Counted from the stretch's first letter, positions 31,114 through 46,740 are shown. The stretch: DNA of 64,000 nucleotides from the human T2T-CHM13v2.0 reference genome, Homo sapiens (GCF_009914755.1 NC_060925.1); one strand, 5' to 3'. Program-made: numbers and translations. The notes: generated by a model not told the origin, from the letters alone.

Positions 31114-32784
31114 TTTGTGTAGAAAAAAATTATAGCAAAAGGAAGACATCAAAATATCTATAATCCTACCACTCTGATATAATTATTTTTACACTTCTGG
31201 TTATCTTCTTCCAGAACTTTTCTTATGCATGCATATGTGTGCATAAATAAAATGGACAAAACTGTGTGCCTATTCACTTAATAGTGTATCTTGGTCATCT
31301 TTCCATTACCTGCCACATCGTTTGTTCACAGCAATATCACTTTTTCTACCCTAGTTTTAATTGATCTTACTGCTAGACATTTGGGTTATTTGCTATTCAA
31401 AACAACATTTTAATTAAATGTCTCTGTAGCTGAACCTTTATGCACACTTCTAATATTGATTATTGAGTCAAAGCAGTTGCCCACAGTTATGAATTTGAAC
31501 ATGGATCTTGGCTAATTCTTTAAATACACATGAGCTCTCCACAACCTCCACTGCTATCTGGGGCAGACAGGGACACTTGCAGGGACACGGGCTGTGTCCT
31601 CCCCGCATGTGTGAGATGGCTATGTGTCCACTCATCATTTCTGCAGTTGGATTGCTGACAATAATGAGTTTTTTCTAGATCAAGGCATCTGGACCAAGAG
31701 AGAAGAAAATATTTCAGGGACTGAGCATTAATGGCCATAGTGCATTAACTGAGCATAACGGTTCATTTGGAGAGAAAAATACTGAAGGAAACCTGGGTGG
31801 TCAGAAAACTCTAAAGCCACCATATTTGTGGTTTTAGTTTTTAAACTCTCCCTCTCCAAAATCCCAAAGCATTTTACCTCTGCTGAGTCTATTTTAATGG
31901 AGAGGAAAAGTGAGAAGTCTAAACTTTCTCCTAATTGATTTTTGGCTGCTGTGTCTATGAGAGACATGGAAACACTGTTCTTTGCAGATTTATTTCTTCT
32001 TATATTAGGGCAAAGTTGGGTCTATTTATTTCTGTTTCCTTGGTGGTTTGATAATTATGATCAGTGAGAGTATTGTGAGTGGAGGGTAGGGGAGTACGTT
32101 ACGGAAATCATTAGCCATCATTAGCTACATAATCATCCCCAATAATCTGGTATATTGTGGCTCAAAGAGAAAGACGAACTCCAAGCACCAAAGAAAAGAA
32201 TGTCACTCAAAGGTCAAATGGCCCAGGTGAGCCTGGAATGGAAAGAGCCATCGTTTATGTTGCTAGTCTACTAAAGCTCCCCAGGATTGGGAATTCATAT
32301 AATGAAGGGAAGAATGAAATAGTCCAACATGAAAACAACATTGCTGGGAAGTCCTTTTAATTCAAGCTAGGCCATTGTAGCAGGTTGTCAGAGACCCTCA
32401 AGGTCACACAACTGTACTTGAACTGAGAACTTGCTTCCACTAACTGGGGGGTGCATGTGAGCAACTCAGCTTGCTCCGACTCTGTCTCGGGCCAGGTCTG
32501 CACTGGAGCTGGTAGGCGGATCAGGAGAAAGACATTTCTCAACAGCTGCCTCTCTCAGCCTCCCTCCTCCTCCTTATTATTCCTAGAAATGACAACAAAT
32601 GTTGCCTGTTTTGCAAAAGGGCTGCCCAGCTGCTTAATTTGCAAATAAGAAAGGATAAATGGATTCTTTCTCATTTTGGAACTGGAGAAGGGGAAAGCAG
32701 GAGTTTAGTATTTTCAACAGGAGACCAGACCCTGTGGAGGCCACCCTAGGAATGGTGAGGCTCCACGGTGCCTGATGGGCCTTC

Positions 32785-33255
32785 TGATTCTTTATTGCTC
32801 AGTAACAAACCACCTAAAACTTAGTGGCTTAAGAACACAACATTCAGTTTGCTTGCAGATCTCCAATTTGGGCAGAGTTCAGCGAGGACAGCTTCTTTGT
32901 CTCTGCTCCATGGATAGAGGCTGAGGGGTGACTAGTCCTGGGGCTGCAGTCATCTCTGGGCTCACCCGTTCAACATGACTGGGTTGTTGCTGGGGGATCC
33001 CACTTGGGCCATCAACTAGAACCATTATAGGGGCCCCTCCCTGTGGCTGCTGGGCTACTTCACAACATGATGGCTGGATTCCAGGAGACAGGAAACAGCA
33101 GCCACCAGCTTCTTCAGGAAGCATCCCCTTCTGCCGTACTCAAGTGACTAAGGAGCCTCAGAGAGCTAGGACTCAGGAGGGTCACACGTAGACCCCCCCA
33201 CTCTTAGTGGAAGGGCTGTAAGAGATACCGGGCCTTGTTTTATAGTGGTCACAGT
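32785..33255 (-). mobile_element. MLT1-family MaLR LTR
   Basis: tattgctcagtaacaaaccacctaaaacttagtggcttaa matches the MLT1 3' end in antisense. Confidence 0.75.
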
Positions 33256-34536
33256 GGTTTATCTTTCAGTTGTAGAATCACAGCATTTACTTCTTAGAAG
33301 TCATTGAGGCCATTTTCAATGAACCTCCACACTTTGCAGGAACCTTGTCTGCAGCACGCTAGCATAAGTTAGTTGTGGTCTGCCCTGGACTGGGAGATCG
33401 TGTGATCATCACAGAGCCATCCTACAGCAAGGAGGACCCGGAGGCATCAGGCGCATAACAAGAACATGAGAAAGGCCCTTCCTTTAAGCCCTTGAGCCCC
33501 TGGCTAGGTCCCTGGCAGGACTACTGGGATCAGCCTCCACCTTTTCTGTGTCTTTCAGAATGGTTCAGATGCAGAGGAGGAGCTGTTAGAAGTGTAGTCC
33601 CCCAGAACCCGTGGGCCATGAGAGCCAGAACAGCCAGTCTTTGCACATGAGCCAGTAGTCCATCTAAGTGGTACTGCCTTAGGAGTTTACTCAACTCTTT
33701 AAACTTACTGCCGTCATTATCAACAAAACCATCATCTTCAACTTCATTACACTTGACGGTATCTCTGCACTTCTTAGCACCTACCACTTGACACTTATGC
33801 TTCCTGTGTATGCCCACATAGGTGTGTATGTGACTCTGAAATCTGTCCTCCTTACTAGAAAGTAAGCTTCATGAGGACCAAGTCTTTGAGTGCTTTCCTC
33901 ATTACTGTTACCCTGGTGCCTGCAACAGTGACTGCACTCTGTAGGTGTCTAATAAAAATAAATAGTTTTAAGGGAATAAATGAATGATCACCATCACCAT
34001 TGTCATAATCACCTCATAGTGACTTTTTGTTTATCCCAACCAAATGTCTGTCTCTTGATTCTTATACTTTCTCTTAATCCTTGTTTTTCTGCTAAAAAGA
34101 CATAAATTGCTAAAATGTTTGATAAGCAGTTGGGGGGTCTGCTTTCTTTTTTATTTGCTAATCAAACAAGTTATGAGATCTTTCCTTGGTTTTGGCTTTG
34201 ATTGGAAGAATTGTTGAATTAGCTGTTCCCTCTAAGTTTACTTTTAGTTCCAAAATATTAACATATAAACCATAGATAAATGCAGCTACAGCTACCTATG
34301 CCAAAAATTTCCTGCACAAATTCTGATGACTTCATGAGTTTGTGTTAGTTATAAGAGGTCTAAGAATGAGGAAAACGGTGTCATTTGGTAGGCCTTCAGT
34401 TTAGAATCACGACATAGCAGGGATGTGACTTTCTTAAAACCAATATCCTAGCATTGTGCTTCACCTTAAAATGAATCCATCACTAAGCTTAAATGATGAG
34501 GAAAATGGAAGAAAAGAGAAATTCTATTTCTTATGA

Positions 34537-34828
<292 letters not shown>

Positions 34829-35327
34829 TTATTTCTTATGAATGTAGCACTTAGGAAAGGAAGGAATCTGGCCTGGGACTCTTACTTCTTTGACTTCTCT
34901 GGGTTCTCATCAATCACCAAAAATGGTCGACTCTGTCTCAGAAGCCTCCTGCCTTCCCTTTCTCGTCCAAGCGTCCATCACACAGCACCACACCTGAGAG
35001 GTGATACAGTCTCTAGTCCCTTTGCCGCTGGAGGAAAACTGAAGACCTACCAAATAATACGGGCTCTTAGGAGGCCTGGAAGCTGTGGTTGGTCAGTCTT
35101 ATGCTCCTCTCAAGGCCCTGTTCAATTTGCCTGCTTCCTGAAGCTGACCCTTATTCCCAGGCATGGTGACATCACATCCACCCAGTCCCTTTAGCTCCGA
35201 TTTTCCACACTGTTTTTTTCGCATCCTAAGTCCATTATCTTTTATTCTTAGTCATTTTCTTATACTCATGACTAGTATCTCTCCATCTAGGATTCAAGCT
35301 GCAGGTCTGAGAGGAATAAAAAAATAG

Positions 35328-36250
35328 CAAAAGAAATTATCAACAGAGTAAACAGACAACTTATAGAATAAGAGAAAATATTTGCAAACCATTCATCTGG
35401 CAAAGGCCTAATTTCTAGAACCTATAAAGAACTCAAACAAATTTACAAAAAAAAAAAAAAAGACAAATAACCTCATGAAAAAGTAGGCAAAGGACATGAA
35501 CAGAACTTTTCAAAAGAAGACATACATATGGAAAAAACTCAATACCACTTGTCACTAGAAAAATGCAAATCAAAAACACAATGAGATACCATCTCACACC
35601 AGTCAGAATGGCTACTATTAAAACGTCAAAAAATAAAAGATGCTGGCAAGGTTGCGGAGAAAAGGGAACACTTATACACTGTTGGTGGGAGTGTAAATTA
35701 GTTCAACCATGGTGAAAACCAGCATGGGAATTCCTCAAAGAGCTAAGAACAGAACTACCATTTAACCCAGCAATCCCATTCCTGGGTATATACTCAAAAG
35801 AATAGAAATCATTCTACCATGAAGACACATGCACGTGAATGTTCATTGCAGCACTGTTCACAATAGTAAAGACATGGAATCAACCTAAATGCCCATCAAT
35901 GACAGATTGGATAAAGAAAATGTAGTACATAGACACATGGAAAACTATGCAGCCATAAAAAAGAATGAGATCATGTCTCTTGTGGGAACATGGATAGAGC
36001 TGGAGGCCATTATCCTTAGAAAAGCAATACAGGAACAGAAAACCAAAGACCTCATGTTCTCCCTTATAAGTGGAATCTACCTGAGGATGGAGAGTGGGAG
36101 GAGGGAGAGGATCGGAAAAAAAGACTATTGGGTACTAGTCTTAGTGCCTGGGTGATGAAATAATCTGTACAAAAAACCTCTGTGACATGAGTTGACCTTT
36201 ATAACAAACCTGCACATGTATTCATGAACCTAAAATATAAGTTTAAATAT
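35328..36250 (+). mobile_element. Older primate L1 (L1PA13-16/L1PB-type), ORF2 end plus 3' UTR
   Basis: atgagataccatctcacaccagtcagaatggc...aacaaacctgcacatgta...aacctaaaat; ORF 35889 gives a degenerate ORF2 C-terminus. Confidence 0.88.
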
Positions 36251-36284
36251 TGTTTTTAATAAAACCTCTTTAATACCCACAATA

Positions 36285-37113
36285 TTCAGCACTTGCTTCT
36301 GGTCACCAAATGTGTGTGGTTTTTCCCACACCAAGCAAGTCTCCAATTCTCTGTGGACTCCAGCTGGGTATCCTACCATTCAATTCAATGCTGACGCTGT
36401 CTGTACGTAGAATTAATGCAGACCCTATAGGTTATGGGCTCAGTTCTGCAAGGCTGCCCACCCCCATTAATTCAGACACCAGCCACAAGTCCAGTTGACA
36501 GCTGGGCTTCTGATGAACCAGCTATAATTTGGAAGATCCCCCTCACCTCCTTCCCAGGTTCAATAATTTGCTAGCACAGCTCATAGGAAACAATTTACTT
36601 ACTAAATCACAAGTTTATTATAAGACTACAACTCAGGAACAGCCAGATAGATGAGCTGCATAGGGCAAGGTATTGGGGAGGGGTGCGGTGCTTTCATGCA
36701 TTCTCCTGGGTGTGCTACCCTCCCGGTATGTGGATGTGTTTACCACCTGGAAGCTCTGTGAACCTCATTCTTTTGGGTCTTTAGGGAAATTTTATTGATT
36801 GCATCATTGGCCATGGTGATTAGCTCAATCTCCAGCCCCTCTCCCCTCCCCAAAAGGTAGGGGTGGGGATGAAATTGCATCTCTCTACACGGTTGGGTCT
36901 TCTGGCAACTGATCCCCCATCCTTTGGGCTTTTCAAAAATCACCTCGTGAACAGAAACAGTGTAATTGGAAGGGACTTGTTATGAATAACAAAAGGTGTT
37001 CCTTTCACCTTTATTGCTCTTATCTCGTAGGAAATTCCAAAAGTTTTAGAAGCTCTACACCAGGAACTGGGATGAAGACCAAATATATTTCTCATTATAA
37101 GTCACAATATCAC
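36285..37113 (-). mobile_element. MER21B/C-like LTR
   Basis: Ends ggaaattccaaaagttttagaagctct...ccaaatatattt...cacaatatcaca. Confidence 0.8.
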
Positions 37114-37132
37114 AAGGCATTTTAAAACATAT

Positions 37133-37659
37133 CGTATTAGTAGGGAATATGAGGTAGAGTAAGTCCAATAGGTTATGAGATGATCACCGTTGGATGGAGA
37201 GTTTACTACTCACAGTTCCAAGAGGAAGGATCATGCCATGAATGGGGTGGGGGCACCGAGGAGGATTGGTCGGGAGGCAGAAGGAGCGAGGGAAAAACAA
37301 GGGCAAGAATCTTTAGTGTGGTTTCCATGGTAAGTAATGGGTGATGCAGTGTAATTAGGCTTAAGAATGGCTAGTTTGAATAATTTCCGTGGACTCTGGG
37401 GCATAGGGGCTGGCCCTAATTGTCTGATACCTGGCTCCAAGGTGATTAAGACAGGTGGATATGATCCAGTGTCCCCAATAAAGAAGGCAGTGTGGGTGTG
37501 GGCTCTGGATTGGTTGGTTTGTTATGAAAGGTGTGCTCACAGACAAGTTGTTTATTATCCCTAAAAATTGAGTAACCTGACAGGGGCAGTCCCGCCATGG
37601 TCAGCAAGACCCCAGGTATCACGGCATCAGAATACAGAAAATAAGACATGGGTAATACA
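37133..37659 (-). mobile_element. MER74-like LTR (ERVL)
   Basis: Reverse complement begins TGTATTACCCATGTCTTATTTTCTGTATTCTGATGC...GGGACTGCCCCT. Confidence 0.72.
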
Positions 37660-37746
37660 GCTGGTGACTAGGAAACACATTTTATGTTTTTATCTCTAGT
37701 GTCTGGTCTTAGCAGTCTACATAAATATTATGGAATAATTCTAAGT

Positions 37747-37940
37747 CAGTGTTTCTCAAAATGGGGCCTACAGAGCATTTATATCAAGCTCATTTGATGA
37801 GCTTGTTAAACACATAGATCCCTGGGCCCCTGCCATAGACATGACATCTCAGCACCTCTGGAGATGCTGGGTCCTGGAAATCGGTATATTGGCAAGTTCC
37901 CTGTGTGAAACCTGTGTCCACTCTGCCTTGAGAACTACTG
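37747..37940. mobile_element. MER5-like hAT element
   Basis: TIRs cagtgtttctcaa / ttgagaactactg. Confidence 0.65.
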
Positions 37941-40364
37941 TAGTGTCTTATCGATCTCTTCTCCATGCTGGCCCATCAGTCGGCTCTGAGTTCAGAGGAA
38001 GGCTTAGTTAAACTCCCAAGAACTTGAGCAACTTTCCCAAATGGAAAGCACCAGTCTCTCATCTCCACATCCCTGGCTCAGTTTGAGAGAATTACTTCTG
38101 GAACTGTCAGGGGCTTCCTAGAGCACTGAGACAGAAACAACTTTCCTGTCTCAATTAAGTCAGGTGAGGGAGTGGGTGATGGGGAAAGAGAACTCTACTC
38201 TGGGCTGCATTTGGAGCTGTAGAAAACCAAGATATGAAAATAACTTAATGGTAAGTTATGCCCTAACAGCTACTCATTGGGCTCCAAAAGGCCAAGAAGC
38301 TTTTTTATTTTTTTGTTCAATTATGTTTGGAGAAATGTTATTTGAGAGAAATATCAGTTAGAACCTACAGTCCCAAAAGCAGAGCTCTGGTGACCCACCT
38401 GGGCTTTGTCAAAAGCTGGGGGCAAGGTGAGCAGCCAAACAGTCACGGAAATTAGGGCTGAAGGGCAGCAGGGGTCATAGGGGGTCCACACAAACTGCTA
38501 TGACATGGGTATACAGCTGGGTCCAATAAGCAGTCCAGATAGGAGCACTGGAGTAAGGAATTGGTTACCTGGAGTAATTTCCTTGGAAGAGTTTGTTCTA
38601 TTTGTTTTGGCAATCTTTGCAAGGCTGAATTGCCTACCTCCAAGGTTGAACTTACTAATATCTCCTTTAAAGGTTCAGAAGGGACTTCGATGGAGGAATT
38701 CTGTGGTCTGAGCTCTGTTCTTTTCTGCACAATTCTCTGGCCCTCCTGAAGCTTCTGTGAGTTACCCACTAACCTTTGATAAGTCCTTGTAACTTGATTA
38801 GCTCTAGTGGGTTCTGCTGTCTGCGACAAAGAACCCAGCCTGCTACCCATCCAATGAGCAGGCTACTGGGATTATTAAGCAGACTCCAAACCGTGTGAGA
38901 CCCATCCACATGCCTCTTTCATCATGACTTTGAACACAGCTCCTGCTCTCTCCATGCCTTGATTTTTCCCCTTCACTGCCCTCAAGGAGGGACCTACTCT
39001 AGTTTTAAAGAGTCCTACCCAGTGCTCTGGACTGGAAGTTGCTAAGAAAGTTCAAAGTTTTGAATGCTGAGTAGTGAAGACAACAGGGCTCAGACCTTTA
39101 TGTTCCTTGTAATCTTCCCCTCAAAGCAATCTTCCTAATTGCTTTGAATTCCTGTCCTTTGTTGTGCTGGCCTGCCTGGCTGTATCTAATTTTCTAGAGG
39201 CCTAGGTCACTCTGCTGCCCAGACCCACCATTCAAGTGCAAATGATGGACTGGAGGTGTCAAAGACATCTGGGTCTACAAGAATAAAGTTAGAAAACAAT
39301 GGAGAAAAAGACTCTCCGTCACCACAACCCCACAGCAGTCCCACTGGGGACCCTCAGTAACACACCATATGCCAGCCCTACCAGCTCTCTGTAGTCTTAA
39401 CCTCAAATTTTAATATTAAAATCAGCAGCTCAACTTATTTAAAACTTGAGAAGTCTGTGCTTTTTCTAGTTCTGTTAAAAGCAAATGAGCATTTTCCTTT
39501 TAGTCTTGTTTAGACAGTGGTATAAATGGATCTGTCAGTCAGATGACACAAAACACACAGCCTGTTTCTCTCTAGATGATGATAATGATGGTGAGAATGA
39601 TAATGAGGATTGATGGCCATGGAGCTGTCTCATCTTGTCTCCTCCTCCCTAGGGTTGTAGGGGTTTGCAGAGGAACATTTCTTCTTAGTGAGGGAGGAGC
39701 TTGGTGGGGTAGGTATTAGGGACACAGGATTTGAGTTCTTCAAGGAGGGCTGCTTGTTCTTTTTGGAAGACTACCTAGGAAAAGCTGGTATTGGTGATGC
39801 CAGCACAGAAATCTCTACTCCATTCACATTCTCAGGGATTCGGGTGAACCCACCACTTGCATCAGGGCTGCCAAGGAGGATCCAGGGCCGGTGACACAGA
39901 AAACCAGGTTCTGATTTGGGCACCATGTCCAGGCCTAGGAGTCCTGAACTGCACATCACCCTAGTTGCAGTTTTCTTCCATTGTAAGGTGTTTCTTCTCC
40001 ATCCTGCCCCACGATGGCACTTGCCAAAATCACAGGAAAAGATGATATCGAAATGCTAACCAATAATAGGAATGTTACATATTTTAAGCCTTTTTAGGAA
40101 TGTGGTTTAATGTTGTCCCGTTAAAAACTGAAACTAAGAGGTGATGGATGACTCAAGGTGATGGGGATGGCCAGGCAGGAGACCTCTATCTCTGTTAGGA
40201 AGTGCTCCCAGCACCATGGTGCTAACCCTGATGGCTGACCAAGTCACCTTCTCCCTGAATCTGCCCTGCCTGCCTGTGTCCTTGAACTTGTCTCCCCTCA
40301 GAACTTCTCCAGCTCGTATAGCCTGTTACTCGTCCCTGGTCTTTGGCCAGCACTGCCTTGCATG

Positions 40365-41109
40365 ATGGCTCCCTTTTACCTGGGACCCTCAGAAAGGCCT
40401 CTGAGGGACATCTGACTGCTGTTTTGCCAAAACAGTGCCCCCTGTCAGCAGGAAGCAGTTAAGATTGGTCTTCATCTCCATTTTAATGGCAGTTAGATGT
40501 ACCTCTTCAGAGGGGGGAGTTGATAGCTACAGGAGGCAGCCAAATGCCTAGGCAGATAGGGGCAGGTCCCCAGTGAAACTTCACCTTCAAGCCAGAAAAA
40601 CAGCCTGAAGGCTGAAATACTGGACTGCTGGTCCCAGATGAAACCGGTAACCCAGAGTGAGAACTTCTGTTCCTGTTTCCCCAGCCTTTTCTGATAGATT
40701 CTTTCTGAACAATACCTTTTAACCATTCAAATGTTGCCTTTTCCAATACTACCTATGGCCTGCCTCTCCCCTATTCTAAGCCCATAAAAGCCCCATACTC
40801 AGTCACTTTAGGGGGGACTTTCCCACCTTCAGGTTGGGGGACCACCCCCATGTCCCCTCTCCACTGAAAGCCGTTTCATCACTCAATAAAACTCCCTTCC
40901 TTGTTCACTTTTTGGGTGTCAGCATATCCTCATTCTTCTTAGTCATGGGACAACTCAGGAACTGGTGCACAAGCCAGACTTGGCCCAGGCAGGTTGAGTG
41001 GGAGGGCTGTCTCCTGCAGCAGGTAGCGTGGCCAAGCAAGGCCTTGGCAGAGAGTCACCGGCCGGAGGTCCCCAGCTTGCAAAGTGACTGAGAAGAAAAT
41101 CCTGCATCA
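40365..41109 (+). mobile_element. ERV1 3' remnant: short internal stub, polypurine tract and LTR (LTR27/LTR28-like, 40521-41109)
   Basis: ...cagcaggaagcagttaaga...tcttcagaggggggagt|TGATAGCTACAGGAGGCAGCCAAATGCCTAGG...AATAAA...TCCTGCATCA. Confidence 0.75.
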
Positions 41110-42250
41110 ATACTTCATGTGAGTATTCTCTCTGTCCTTCAATTAAACCATCAACCATGCGAAGGACATGGAATACTTTGTCCCTCAGGAAATGTTTGCT
41201 GTTGCTGGTGATCAGGCTCTCAGAGTGATCTGGAAGGTCACATAGTGCCTACCTTAAGAGGTTGTCCTACTTTCCAAAATATGTTCTCTATCACAATGCC
41301 TGGTCCTGACCTGGAGTGCTCATCAGGTGAAAGAGGTAAGGGAGGGGAGAGTCATCTCAACACAGCCCCAGCCCCATGGCCAGGATGTTCTGCAGAGTTC
41401 TCTGGGACCCTTCACATTGTTATCTGCAGGGCCATAGTAACTATGAGAGGCAGGTCCTGGCTATTTACTTTTTTCCTGGGCTCTAAGGAAAACTCCCAGA
41501 GATTTGCTTTCTTGGAGTTAAGGGCTGTAACTCCACTGGATCCCTTTCCTGTTGCCAGTGCATCCCCGCAGGACCTGCCTCAATCTGTGCCCCAGGAAAA
41601 ATCATTGTTCTGGCTCTTTCCCCCTTTTTTGACAAACTGTTATCTCTAAAGCTGAAGGGCAAAGTTGAAGAAAAGCAGTGTGCAGTATTGTATTTACAAA
41701 GGATAAACAAAGTGACCACGAAACAGAATAAGCCTACCTCATCTGTCAGGCATTAAAAGTGCAGTTTCAAAGAGGGAGAAGGAAATGAGTACTCTGAACC
41801 CAATTTGACCTACTCTTCCCTAAGAATCAGAGAATGCCATCCATGCTCATTTAATTGATTGTGGTATCATAAGAATGTGTGAGTATGGAGGGTACATTTT
41901 ATCCCATTTTGAAAAAAAAAAAAAATTTGCCGTTCTTAAGAAAATTTTTTAGACCCTGGATACAGTCTTTGTTTGCTCACTTGTTTGTTTTTGTAGAAAT
42001 GGTGTCTCACTACATTGCCCAGTCTGGTCTCGAACTCCTGGCCTCAAGCATAGTCTTTGAATGGGGAAATTGTCTTAATTAGAAAACATCATTTGTTCAT
42101 TTATTTATTTATTATTATGCAACTACTTTATTCAGAAAACAGAACTAGTTCTGTGAATGATATAAAACTGAGTAGGAATTTCTCCCTTTAAAACATTAAA
42201 TTTGATTGGGGGAAACAGACCACATGCATCAATGTCAACATTAGAAATTA

Positions 42251-42556
<306 letters not shown>

Positions 42557-43018
42557 ACAAATAAAATACTGTGCAAGTTCTGTGGAAAAGTGCCTTGGAG
42601 CTGGGCACAAGAGGAAAGGTAAGGTGTCAGCAGACAGAGCTTGGTGTCCCAGCAAGGCTGTGAGCAAAGGCACAAGGGTGGGAAAGCTGCGGTCTGGGTG
42701 GTGAAAAGGCTGAGTGGAGTGCAGGATGTGGGGAGGAGTGGGAGACGAGCTCAGAGATGTGGGTCAGGAATGGGTCCCTAGATGACTGAGAATAGGCTGA
42801 GAAATTATTATTTTACAGGATAGGCAGGAACCACTGAAACATGCTGATCAAAAGTCATCCAATCAATCAGCAACTCTCTTCTAGGAAGATTAATCTGATA
42901 GTGGTATGTAGGGTGGATTGGAGTGGGTCACAGTTAAGGATGAGATCTACTGCAATATTTTAGGCAAGGTGGCATGAGGGCCTGAAGTAGGGACTAAAAG
43001 GATGCAGAAGCATGGTCA

Positions 43019-43285
<267 letters not shown>

Positions 43286-43599
43286 TTAAAAGTTACAATA
43301 TAAAAAAATGACAAAAATAATATATTCCCACCACCCACATATCACACTTTTCATATATTAGGTGCATATCACCCTGGCTCTTTTTCTGTGTGTGTATGTG
43401 CACACACATATAATGTATACACTTATTTATTTAACCAAAATAAGATAATATTGTATACATTATATATGTGTGTATATATGTACATATACACATTACCTAT
43501 CTGTATTTTTTTTACCAAGATGAGATATTATTGTACATACTGGATGGTAATTTTTTTCACCAATGATCTCTACTCCTCTATTTTAGTAAACTTTGAATT

Positions 43600-45440
43600 T
43601 ATATAGTAACCAGACCATATTCAATTTTTTTCAGTTAACCAAAAAATTTCACTAGTATGTGATATCTAACTAGTTCAATCCAGGACTATGGATGCCAACA
43701 GGTTTTTATGTCCCTTAAGATTATTTTATTTTAGAAAAGTCGCTTTTTAAATTACAATGCTTTGTTGAAGGGACTAAGCCAGCTACCTGCAGGATATCCC
43801 ATTTTCTGGATATTTCTGGTGACTTTCTCTTGTATTTCCTGAAACTTGTATCTAGTTGGAACAAATTGGATCTGGTCATAAAACACATTAGACCCGTATG
43901 ACCCATGCCTGAATTAGACTGATGAGAAAGCCTGATCTATTTTTTAGTTCTATTTTCCCTTTGTGACTACAATGTTTTGTGCGATAGTCCTGGAACGTAC
44001 AGTTCAACTACTCACATGATGATTTTAATATCAACTGATAAAATCTAGAGCTTATGAAATGATCTTTAAAAACAATTCTGGCATTTATACTACATTTATT
44101 CGTTGGCATTTTTAAGTAAAGTAAAATTTTATCGCATCAGCTGGGACTACTTAAATATCCTCAAACACAATTCCTACCAGAAGACAGGATAAATGCTTAA
44201 TTAGAGTAAAGAGTTATTTTAATCGCTACTTCAAATGGTGATAAATGGGTTCCCTGACTTTCCATTTTTTCTAAATATCATTATGAATTTAACAGATTTT
44301 CATTGATTCCATGTGTTTTAATCCATCATAATCATTATACTTTTGATATTTATGTTGTCATGACTTTGAAAAGTGGGCCCTTTTCTAAGCTATCTCTTAG
44401 GTTCTTTTCACATGACCCTATTCATATTTGAAAGTTTCCTTGCTTTCTAATACAATGAAGCATCTCATGCTCATTTTAGACCTGTGTCAGAGAGAAATGA
44501 ACCATTTCTTTAAGGACCGCTGATTCCTTCAGGGGAAATGATGTTAAAGACCATGTTCTGGGGAAGAAGGGAGGCATTTTCTTTTCAAGTCACTTTATGA
44601 TGATATAATTTTCATACTATGAAATACATCTATTTAAAAAAAAATTTTACCACCACCAAAATAAAGACACAGAACATTTCTGTCACCCCTAAAACATCCC
44701 TCCTGCCACTTCACAGTTAATCTTCTCCCTACCCTTACCCTCAAGCAACCACTGATCTGTTTTCTGTCACTGTAGATTAGTTTTGAATGTTCCAGAATTT
44801 AATATAAATGGAATGATATCATAGCTACTCTTGTGTGTGTAGCTTTTTTTCTCGTAGCAAAATTTTTCTCTTTGTTGGAGGTCAGGGAATAATTTTTTCA
44901 GGAAAAAAAAAACCTCAGAAAAAGAACTTACAGAAAGGTTGCAAATATAATCCAAAAAACATTTTAATTCTGAACCATTTTACATGAGTTTGTCAACATA
45001 ATGCCCAACGACACTGAATACTGTAGTGTGCATTTCCTATAATACAACCATGAAAATCAATTAACCCTATAATCTTGAGACCCCATTTAAATTTCAGCGA
45101 TGTCTCAGTAGCAAAATCATACGAATTCAGAATTATGTGTTCCGTTGAACACATCTCTATAGTCTCCTTAATTCTGGAAGAGTTCCTCAGGCTTTGATTA
45201 TAATATTTTAAGATTATAGGTTATTTATGTATACAGTAGCCCTTAATATGGATTTGTCTGGCATTTCCTCATGTTTGGATTCAGATTGTGCAACTCTGGC
45301 AGAATATCACAGAAGCAATGCTGTGTTCTTCTTGTTGTATCATATCAGGTAGCACAGGATTTCTATTTGTCTCATTACTGATGAAATTTATGTTGGTCAT
45401 TTGATTAATTATCTCTGTTAAGTTTCTCCACTGTGAAATT
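43600..45440 (-). mobile_element. Mosaic of ancient L1M (L1MC/L1ME-type) 3' fragments
   Basis: caaccactgatctgttttctgtcactgtagattag; tggatttgtctggcatttcctcatg; tttctccactgtgaaatta. Confidence 0.6.
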
Positions 45441-46740
45441 ATTTTTAACAGAATGACAATTAAAATACAACATATCAAAATCTGTGGGACGCAGTTAGAG
45501 CTTATTGCTTTAGATGCTTGTATTTGAAAATAAGAAGTTCTAAGCTGGGCGTGGTGGCTCGTACCTGTAATCCCAGCATTTTGGGAGGCCAGGATAAATC
45601 ACTTAAGCTTGGGAGTCTGAGATCACTTCTGGCAGCAAAGTGATACCCTGTCTCTACAAAAAATAACAATAATAAAAATTAAAATTAAAAAATAAAAAGC
45701 AAAGAGTTCTAAATCAATAAGTTTAAGAAGCAAGAAAGGGGCTCCAATCATACCCAAAGTAAGTAGAAGAAAGTAATAAGAAATCAATAAAATAGAAAAA
45801 AGACAAAATAATCAATGAAACCAAATCTTGGTTATTGGAAATGATTTAAAATTGATAAACTTGGCCAGATGTGGTGGGTCAAATCTGTAATCCCAGCTCT
45901 TTGGGAAACTGAGGCAGGAAGATTACTTGACCCAAGAGTTCAAGACCAGGATGGGCAACACAGTGAGACCCCCATCTCTACAAAAAACAAAACAAAACAA
46001 AACGAAAAAACAAAATTACCCGGGCATGGTGGCACACACCTATAGTTCCAGCTATTCAGGAGACTAAAGTGGGAGGATTGCTTGAGACCAGGAAGTTAAG
46101 ACTGTAGTGAGCTGAGCTCATAACCACACACTTCAGCCTGTGTGCAGAATGAGGCCCTATCTCAAAAAGTGAAAATAAAAAATTGATAAACTTCTAGTTA
46201 GACTGATTAAGGGAAAAAAGAGAAGACATTAAAAGTATCAAGAATGAAAAAGGGAACATCATAACTGATCCAACAGATAGATGTTAAAAGGATAGTAAGA
46301 ATATTATGTACAACTTCATGACAATAAATTTAAAAACTTAGGTAAAATAAATTCCTTGAAAGACACATATTACCCAAATTGACAAAAGAAGAAATAGAGA
46401 TTCTTAACAACCATATGTAAATTAAAGACATTTAATTGAGAATTAAATTCCCATACGGAAAACTCCAGACCCAGATGGTTTAGTGTTGAATTTTATCAAA
46501 CATTTAAGAAAGAATACCAAGCCTACACAAATTTCTTTTCTAGAAACAGAGAAGGAAAGAACATTGCCAGCTCAGCATCATCTTGATATCAAAACTTGAC
46601 AAGGACATTACAAGAATAGAATACTATAAGCCATTTCCTCTCACGAGGAAAGGTAAAAATCCTTACCAACATATTCGTACCACGTTATATGAAAAACCAC
46701 TTCAATAGATACAGAAACTGCATCTGAAAAGACTCAAGCT
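45440..46740 (+). mobile_element. Old L1M ORF2-region fragment interrupted by two Alus (45543-45700 monomer; 45862-46178 AluJ with TSD AAAATTGATAAACTT)
   Basis: A-rich L1 sense sequence: aatcaatgaaaccaaa, aaaactccagacccagatgg, cttgatatcaaaacttgacaaggac. Confidence 0.8.
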
